Below are positions 57,656-64,000 of a DNA stretch of 64,000 nt, piece after piece; the stretch's first letter is position 1; every line of letters begins with the position of its first letter. Under the pieces are notes generated by a model. The model made no database searches, was not told the origin of the DNA, and saw nothing but the letters and a program-made list of their open reading frames with translations. A program made the translations under genes and the position numbers. This DNA is from a virus. The stretch spans positions 17,747-81,746 of IMG/VR virus record IMGVR_UViG_3300022926_000007; one strand, given 5' to 3'.

Positions 57656-58237
57656 TTAAATACGTGTATCATTTAAATCAAGTCCTATTTTCATTATATA
57701 ATAACTATCTACAATATCTGAAATAGGGTTACCCACCTTTTCTGTATCAAATATTTTTTTTAAATTAATCATAGTTTCTCTCTCAAATGCCTCATACATC
57801 ATATCTTTATCAGCATTACCTTTTCCTGTAGCACCTTTTTTAATTACACTAGGTGGTAATACTTCATAGGGTAATTTTAATTGTTCTAATCTGTATTTTA
57901 AGATACCACCATTTTCAGCTATTTGAAATACACCTTGACCTTTTGATCCAAAAGAATAACCTTCTATGAAAATATTTAAGTTGTTTGAAACGTAACTTAA
58001 TCTATTAAATGTGTTGATTGCCCAATTAGAAATTTGAGAAAATCTTTCTATAGGAGTTTTATATTCGCTGTGTTCCACACCCATAATATTTTTTGACATC
58101 TCACCTATATACTTTTTTTTATTTGTTAAATAATAAAAGTTTAATTTATCATTATGATTTACACAAATTGCAGGACTTGTTAAACTATAATCAATCCCAA
58201 CTATCGTCTTCGGCTTCGTTTGACCAAACTTCTTCAT
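57656..58237 (-). CDS. RuvC-like (RNase H fold) resolvase/nuclease
   Basis: VGIDYSLT, FIEGYSF, KK.ATGKGNA.K, D..DSY. Confidence 0.8.
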   Translation of the reverse strand: MKKFGQTKPKTIVGIDYSLTSPAICVNHNDKLNFYYLTNKKKYIGEMSKNIMGVEHSEYKTPIERFSQISNWAINTFNRLSYVSNNLNIFIEGYSFGSKGQGVFQIAENGGILKYRLEQLKLPYEVLPPSVIKKGATGKGNADKDMMYEAFERETMINLKKIFDTEKVGNPISDIVDSYYIMKIGLDLNDTRI

Positions 58238-58367
58238 CTTCTAGTTCCTCTACTTCGTGTCCACAAAAAGGACAAGTTAAAGGTTCTAAATCCTGTATTT
58301 CTATATCCCATTCTACAGTATATTTAGTTTCACAACCAGAACAAGTTTTTTGTCGTTTCTCTATCAT
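58191..58367 (-). CDS. Zn-ribbon acidic small protein, 58 aa (absent from ORF track)
   Basis: CSGC...CPFCG with an acidic tail. Coupled to nrdB. Confidence 0.7.
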   Translation of the reverse strand: MIEKRQKTCSGCETKYTVEWDIEIQDLEPLTCPFCGHEVEELEDEEVWSNEAEDDSWD

Positions 58368-59470
58368 TATAGTTTAAAAGATTTGAATTGGTCTTTTTTA
58401 ACGTCCTGTTTAATACCACCAATGACGTATGATTCTATTTCTGTTTCTTGTGGAGCATTTTGTGTTGATCTACTATTCAACCAATGATCTGTCCAAGGTA
58501 ATGGATTTGTTTTTTGGTCATAGGCAGGTGTTAATTGTATGGCCTTCATTCTTCTATTTGCCATATACTCAACAAACTGGTGTAATAATTTTTCTGATAA
58601 ACCAATCATAGAACCTTTACTGAATAGATAAGTTGCCCAACGTTTCTCTTCCTGTACGGCCTCATCATACATTGTGTAAACTTCTTTTTCTGTTTCTTTT
58701 ATAATCTTTAACATATCTTTATCATTTTCATAATCTTTCCAATTATTGATAATTCTTTGTGACATCGCCAAGTGTTGACTTTCATCTCTAGCAATAAAAG
58801 ATATAATTTTTGCTGAGCCTTCTAGTTTCTTTAATTCGCCAAAGGCAAATGAACAAGCAAATGAAACATAAAATCTTAAACCCTCTAGTATATTTACAGA
58901 TACCATAGCCAAATATAATTTCTTTTTAAGTTCATACATATCAACTTTTGATTTATCTATTGTCCATTGGTAACCCATTTGAATTAAATCATCATAGGTT
59001 TTTGTAACTGAATTTGCTCTCTTTTCAATCTTTTCATCTTGTATAATTGTATCAAATACTTCAGATGGATTAGAATATAAATTTTTAATAATGTATGTGT
59101 AACTTCTACTATGGATAGTTTCCATAAAATCCCAAGTTACAATAGCGCCTTCTAATTCTGGTAAAGATACAAATGGTAAAAAGGCCAAACACGGACCTCT
59201 ACCTTGTACACTATCTAACATTGTTTGATATTTTAAATTAGATGTAAAGATAAACTTTTGTTCTTCTCTTAAATCAAGGTAATCGTTTCTATCTTTTTGT
59301 AAAGATACTTCTTCAGGTCTCCAAAAATAACCTAGTTGTTGCTGTGTTAACTTGTCAAACAAAGGATACTTCATATTGTCGTATCTTTGTATTTGTAAGT
59401 CATCACCAAAAAACATAGGTTGTTTTGTGAAGTCTAACTTTTTATCTTTATTTAATACTGATTTAGTCAT
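58367..59470 (-). CDS. nrdB: Ribonucleotide reductase class Ia beta subunit
   Basis: FWRPEEV, ETIHSRSY, LEGLRFYVSF, RDE..H, APQETEIESY. Confidence 0.98.
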   Translation of the reverse strand: MTKSVLNKDKKLDFTKQPMFFGDDLQIQRYDNMKYPLFDKLTQQQLGYFWRPEEVSLQKDRNDYLDLREEQKFIFTSNLKYQTMLDSVQGRGPCLAFLPFVSLPELEGAIVTWDFMETIHSRSYTYIIKNLYSNPSEVFDTIIQDEKIEKRANSVTKTYDDLIQMGYQWTIDKSKVDMYELKKKLYLAMVSVNILEGLRFYVSFACSFAFGELKKLEGSAKIISFIARDESQHLAMSQRIINNWKDYENDKDMLKIIKETEKEVYTMYDEAVQEEKRWATYLFSKGSMIGLSEKLLHQFVEYMANRRMKAIQLTPAYDQKTNPLPWTDHWLNSRSTQNAPQETEIESYVIGGIKQDVKKDQFKSFKL

Positions 59471-59493
59471 AGTCCGTTTTATTTATCTCTTTA

Positions 59494-61815
59494 TTAAATT
59501 GTACAAGAATCACAGTTTTCTGGATCCTCAATTTCTTCTACTGGTTTTTCTTCAGGCACATTATCGTGGAAACCAACTGGATGTGATGGCTCGTCTGTAT
59601 CTTTCTTAGCGTCATATGTGTTCTGATAGTATGAAGTCTTCCAACCTAGTTTATAAGTTGTTAATAAGTCTTGTGCCATTACAGACACAGGTACTTGATT
59701 GTCTTCATAATGTTCAGGATTATATGACCAGTTACCTGATATTGCTTGGTCAAAATACTTTTGCATTATTGACACTACATTTATATATCCCTCGTTTGAT
59801 TTCATATCCCATAATAAAGTATAATTGTTTTTTAATCTTTTATAATCTGGTACTACTTGTTTTAGAGGTCCTTTTTTAGACTTCTTAACTGACAAATAAT
59901 CCCTAGGTGGTTCAATGCCGTTTGTAGCATTTGAAACCACACTAGAGGATTCTGATGGCATTTGAGCCGAAAGTGTGCTATGTCGGAGGCCTGACTCTTT
60001 TATTTCTTTCCTTAACCACTCCCAATCATACGTAAAGTTACGATTGTTTACAAGTTCATCTACGTCTTTTTTGTAAGTGTCTATAGGTAAGATACCATCG
60101 GAATATTTTGTTTTATTAAAATATTCACATTTGCCTTTTTCTTTTGCTACGGCATTTGAAGATTTTAACAGATAATATTGGAAAGCTTCTGATAGTTTAT
60201 CAACTTGTCGCCAAGCTAATTTCTGGTCATACTTGTATCCTTTTTTAGCAAGATAATGAGCAAGACCAATATAACCTATGCCTAAACTTCTTCTTGCCTT
60301 TGTAGATATTTCAGCCGCCTTTACAGGATATTGTTGATGATCTATTATTTCATCTAAACTTCTAACGGCTAGATCACAAAGTTCTTCTAATTCATCTCTT
60401 TTGTTTATTTGACCTACATTAATTGCTGATAAAATACATAAAGCAATTTCACCATCACCGTCTATGTGTTGAATAGGGTCTGTAGGTAATGTAATCTCCT
60501 GACACAAGTTGGACATTCTAATTAAGTCTTTAAATGATGAGTGAGAATTACAATGGTCAATATTCATTATGTAAATACGGCCTGTTTCTGCTCTTTCTTT
60601 TAACATACTGAAAAATAATTCTTGTGCGTTTACTTTTCTTTTCTTAACGCTAATTTTTCTTTCTGCTGTTTTATATAATTCATCAAACTCTGGTGTACCC
60701 CAAGCTTCATATAGTTCAGGTACTTCGTGTGGTGAGAATAAAGTTATATCTTCACCATTAATAAATCTTTCGTAAAATATTTTTGATAATTGAATTGAGT
60801 AATCTAATTTTCTAACTCTATTATCTTCGGTACCTTTATTGTTTTTAAGTACAATGATGTCTTCTATTTCCGAGTGCCAGACCGGAAAGTGAACAGTTGC
60901 CGAACCGCCTCGTACTCCGTTTTGAGTACAGCACTTAACAGTTGCTTCAAATTTTTTAAGGAAAGGGATAACACCAGTGTGTTGTACTTCACCTCCTCTA
61001 ATACGGCTGTTGATAGCTCGTATTCTTCCAGCGTTGATTCCAATTCCTGCTCTTTGGGCAACGTAACGGCCAATAGCCATATCACTGGAAAAGATACTAG
61101 GTAAAGTATCATCAACATCAACCAACACGCAAGAAGCGTACTGCCTAATAGGAGTCCGTACACCAGCCATAACGGGAGTAGGAATATTAATTTTAAAAGT
61201 TGAAATAGCGTCATAATATTTTTTAACATAAGTCATTCTCTTGTTTTTAGGATATTGAGCAAACACAGTAGCAGCAATAATCATATACATAAATTGTGGT
61301 GTTTCATAGATGTCGCCACTTGATCTATCTTGTACCAAATACTTGTCAATAACTTGTCTTAAACCAGCGTAAGTAAATGTGTAATCTCTTTCGTGGTTAA
61401 TCCAGTTTTCCATTCTATCAAAATCTTTTTTATCGTACCAATCTAAAATTTGTTTATCATAAACTCCTTTTTCAACACACTTTTGTACGTGATTGTAAAT
61501 ATGAGGGTGATCCCACAATTTATCTATTACAGTTTTTCTTAATGAGTATAATAATAATCTAGCCGCTACATATTGATAGTTTGGATTTTCTAATGATATT
61601 AAATCGGCAGCCGACTTAATTAGTATTTGTTGAATTTCATCTGTGGTCATTCCATCGTAGAATTGTAAACCACTTGTCATCTCAACCTGAGATGATGATA
61701 CGCCTTTAATATCTTCTACAGCGTATTCTACCATATCGTGTATCTTATCAATGTTTAAAGGTTCTTTGCCTCTTGTTCCACGTTTTACTACATTTATTTC
61801 TTGTTTATCTACCAT
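59494..61815 (-). CDS. nrdA: Ribonucleotide reductase class Ia alpha subunit (ATP cone)
   Basis: PTPVMAG, SCVL, SNLCQEI, MPSESSS, C-terminal CDSC. Confidence 0.98.
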   Translation of the reverse strand: MVDKQEINVVKRGTRGKEPLNIDKIHDMVEYAVEDIKGVSSSQVEMTSGLQFYDGMTTDEIQQILIKSAADLISLENPNYQYVAARLLLYSLRKTVIDKLWDHPHIYNHVQKCVEKGVYDKQILDWYDKKDFDRMENWINHERDYTFTYAGLRQVIDKYLVQDRSSGDIYETPQFMYMIIAATVFAQYPKNKRMTYVKKYYDAISTFKINIPTPVMAGVRTPIRQYASCVLVDVDDTLPSIFSSDMAIGRYVAQRAGIGINAGRIRAINSRIRGGEVQHTGVIPFLKKFEATVKCCTQNGVRGGSATVHFPVWHSEIEDIIVLKNNKGTEDNRVRKLDYSIQLSKIFYERFINGEDITLFSPHEVPELYEAWGTPEFDELYKTAERKISVKKRKVNAQELFFSMLKERAETGRIYIMNIDHCNSHSSFKDLIRMSNLCQEITLPTDPIQHIDGDGEIALCILSAINVGQINKRDELEELCDLAVRSLDEIIDHQQYPVKAAEISTKARRSLGIGYIGLAHYLAKKGYKYDQKLAWRQVDKLSEAFQYYLLKSSNAVAKEKGKCEYFNKTKYSDGILPIDTYKKDVDELVNNRNFTYDWEWLRKEIKESGLRHSTLSAQMPSESSSVVSNATNGIEPPRDYLSVKKSKKGPLKQVVPDYKRLKNNYTLLWDMKSNEGYINVVSIMQKYFDQAISGNWSYNPEHYEDNQVPVSVMAQDLLTTYKLGWKTSYYQNTYDAKKDTDEPSHPVGFHDNVPEEKPVEEIEDPENCDSCTI

Positions 61816-61824
61816 TCGTCCCCC

Positions 61825-62826
61825 TTAAACTTTTTTCCAATAATTTAACTTTGTCATAGCACTTAACTTTGAATAAGTGTTACTACTTATAATTTCTTTT
61901 AATTGATTGATTGATACACCTGATTTTATAATATCGTTTACATCTTTTAGTTGAATATCATCTGGCCATATCACCAGATTAAAATTCTGTTCTATCACTT
62001 TGTACATTCTATTTACAATTTCTTTATTTCTAGGTTCGTTATCAAATATATATGTTACTTGATCGTTTGGAATTTTATTTTTTAATATTAAATCTGCTCC
62101 AGCAGCAGCAAGGCAATTATCAATAAAAAGACTATCAAGTGGACCTTCTGTGATGAAGATAGGTCTTTGAAAAGAAACTCTTTCAAGGCCATAAACTTTT
62201 TGTTTTTTTTCATCTAATTTTACCGTTAAATATTTTGGTTGTTCTTTTCCAAAAGCACGACCTTGAAAAGCAAAAAACTTTCCTGTCGTATCATAAAAAG
62301 GTATTATTAAACGTGGATGATCTTTAATAACTTTGTAAGTATTTGGTTTTACTTTGTTAACTAAAGTCATAAACTTATCAGTTAAATATAATATATCAAA
62401 ATACGTTTCAGGTATTTTTCTATTCACACAATATAATCTAGCTGGGTGATCTTTTTCTAAATCACTTATCTTTTTCAATTTGTCCAGAATTGTTGTATCT
62501 TTAAACTTTACAGGTTCAAATTCAAACTCTGGTTTCGGTGTCGCTGGTGCCGATTTTTTATATCTCTCTAAAAGGTATTGTTCATACATTTTAGGGTCAA
62601 TATGTTTAATAAAATTGGCCAGATTTTGGCCTTGTCCACAATTATGACATTTAAAGAACATATCATTTTTAACTCTATAAAAATATGCTCTTGCTTTTGT
62701 CTTGGACTTTTTAGAATCACCACAATGTGGACATCTAAAGTTAAATAGATAGTCAGTTTTCTTTTTAAACTGGCCTAATCTACTTGAAATATTATTAATA
62801 AATTTTAGATCAATATAACTTGACAT
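61825..62826 (-). CDS. gp61: DNA primase gp61
   Basis: CPHCGDS...KCHNC Zn finger, TEGPLDSLF, FDNEPRN, KDVND. Confidence 0.95.
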   Translation of the reverse strand: MSSYIDLKFINNISSRLGQFKKKTDYLFNFRCPHCGDSKKSKTKARAYFYRVKNDMFFKCHNCGQGQNLANFIKHIDPKMYEQYLLERYKKSAPATPKPEFEFEPVKFKDTTILDKLKKISDLEKDHPARLYCVNRKIPETYFDILYLTDKFMTLVNKVKPNTYKVIKDHPRLIIPFYDTTGKFFAFQGRAFGKEQPKYLTVKLDEKKQKVYGLERVSFQRPIFITEGPLDSLFIDNCLAAAGADLILKNKIPNDQVTYIFDNEPRNKEIVNRMYKVIEQNFNLVIWPDDIQLKDVNDIIKSGVSINQLKEIISSNTYSKLSAMTKLNYWKKV

Positions 62827-62838
62827 AACACAAAGACT

Positions 62839-62867
62839 AATATACTATATATCAGTCAAAAAGTCAA
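62839..62867 (-). promoter_or_regulatory. Sigma70-like promoter for the primase-nrd operon
   Basis: TTGACT-N17-TATATT. Confidence 0.75.
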
Positions 62868-62869
62868 GT

Positions 62870-63307
62870 CTAGGATACTATATTCATCATATTAATAATG
62901 TGTATAAAGTTCTTGGAAAGTACCCATCCAACGACTATGGAACCGCCTACAATTAGCCATTTCCACTTTTCTAGTATACCTACTCGTCCACCAATATCGT
63001 TCTTTAATGACTTAATTTCAACTAATAGTCGTTTTTCAACTTGGTCTAACTCTCTGGCTAGGTCTCTATAAACATTATCTATTTCGTTAGCTCTTTCTTT
63101 TAACTTATCAAATATAACTTCGTCTATTTGTTCTTGTCTTTGGATTTTTTCTTCGTGGACGGCTAGCATTTGTTTGATGGATGTAGATACATCTGTTAAT
63201 TTATCAATAGCCGTATCTAAACGAGTATTGATAGAGTTAACACTCTCAATATCTTTTCTTAAAGATTCTAATTGAATCCTAATATCTGTTTCTACATTTT
63301 GTGACAT
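62870..63307 (-). CDS. Coiled-coil protein with C-terminal TM
   Basis: LAVHEEKI..QE, LEKWKWLIVGG. Late promoter at 63315-63322. Confidence 0.7.
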   Translation of the reverse strand: MSQNVETDIRIQLESLRKDIESVNSINTRLDTAIDKLTDVSTSIKQMLAVHEEKIQRQEQIDEVIFDKLKERANEIDNVYRDLARELDQVEKRLLVEIKSLKNDIGGRVGILEKWKWLIVGGSIVVGWVLSKNFIHIINMMNIVS

Positions 63308-63421
63308 AGTGTCCTATTTATAGAGGAATAGTGTAAGTTTAATGTTTCCCTATGGGGCGTACTCCGATATAGAGTCTTTGTACTATGTTAACTTACCAAT
63401 ATTCCTTTTAAGTATTTATTT

Positions 63422-63622
63422 TTATGCTGACTTTAACATTGATCTTAAATACTGTAATCTTCTTTCTTTAAATAACTTAATTAAAGTCTTTTTTCTCCTA
63501 CGTAACTTTTGTTTCTTAATTTTGAGCCAATGTAAATTGAGTAAATATAATTTTCTTTTTTTATCATTTCTTATTATCCTTTTTGCTATTAGTCTTAACT
63601 TTCTTTTTTGAAGTAAGGTCAT
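63422..63622 (-). CDS. Highly basic small protein
   Basis: K/R/L-rich, GGAG RBS. Overlaps the cyclase 3' end. Confidence 0.45.
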   Translation of the reverse strand: MTLLQKRKLRLIAKRIIRNDKKRKLYLLNLHWLKIKKQKLRRRKKTLIKLFKERRLQYLRSMLKSA

Positions 63623-63998
63623 AGTTCTCCATTAAGTTTGTTACTGGTTTATAAATGGTTACTAACTCATCTTTACCCTTAACCTTAATTTTATCTAACT
63701 CTATTGACTTAATATTTTTGAGTTGCTCTTTTGTATAAGAAGAATAAATCAAAGGTGTAACCTTTCCATTTTCATCTTTATAATTTCTTGTAGCAGCTTC
63801 AAGTCTAGCTGCCAAGTTTACAGCGTCACCTACAACAGAATAATCTAATCGGTTTTCACTACCCATATTACCTACAATACAAGTTCCTGTGTTTACACCT
63901 GAACCTATGTTTATATCAGGAAGACCTTTCTCCCTAAATTCTTTTTTTAACTTTTCAGTTTCTTCAGCACATTCTATACCTGTCTTTACAGCCATCTC
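63564..63998 (-). CDS. Class III adenylate/guanylate cyclase (C-terminal part, 5'-truncated)
   Basis: IG.GVNTG..IVGNMGSE.RLDYSVVGDAVNLAARLE, VKGK. Confidence 0.92.
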   Translation of the reverse strand, partial: EMAVKTGIECAEETEKLKKEFREKGLPDINIGSGVNTGTCIVGNMGSENRLDYSVVGDAVNLAARLEAATRNYKDENGKVTPLIYSSYTKEQLKNIKSIELDKIKVKGKDELVTIYKPVTNLMENYDLTSKKKVKTNSKKDNKK

Positions 63999-64000
63999 GG

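Noticed and set aside
58367-61815. Group I introns or inteins in nrdA/nrdB
   Set aside because: Both ORFs are uninterrupted and of normal length.

Overview
64 kb of an AT-rich, lytic T4-like (Tevenvirinae/Kyanoviridae-like) myophage genome. The host is most likely a marine alphaproteobacterium such as SAR11: the tRNA-His lacks G-1 and has A73, and there are alphaproteobacterial-type GAAC-N7-GAAC boxes and a rickettsial 17-kDa-antigen-like lipoprotein. Left to right: (1) the end of a + strand modification island (carbamoyltransferase, two nitroreductase-fold proteins, a SAM methyltransferase, three GT-A glycosyltransferases); (2) a - strand fibre/baseplate module (DUF4815/VrlC-like split into two genes with a Hint domain, gp8, gp9/10-like, gp7-like, gp6, gp25, PAAR); (3) a + strand early-gene island ending in tRNA-His; (4) a glutamine-riboswitch-controlled peptide, a half-size Na/Pi transporter and a PD-(D/E)xK nuclease; (5) gp5, hub, gp53, gp48, gp4, tape measure, gp26/gp51, gp54-like, gp2, gp32, gp59, gp33; (6) many small early genes, then rnh, glutaredoxin, RuvC-like, nrdB, nrdA, primase and a partial class III nucleotidyl cyclase. 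T4 late promoters (TATAAATA) and sigma70-like early promoters are clearly visible. The strongest leads are a lambda-G/GT-like -1 frameshift joining gp26 and gp51, the Hint-processed split virion protein, a dense GGCC cluster at 28.4-30.1 kb, the glutamine riboswitch with a nearby anti-SD sRNA candidate, an ArfA-like protein, and LexA-type boxes at early promoters. All family calls come from motif recognition by eye; no database search was run.
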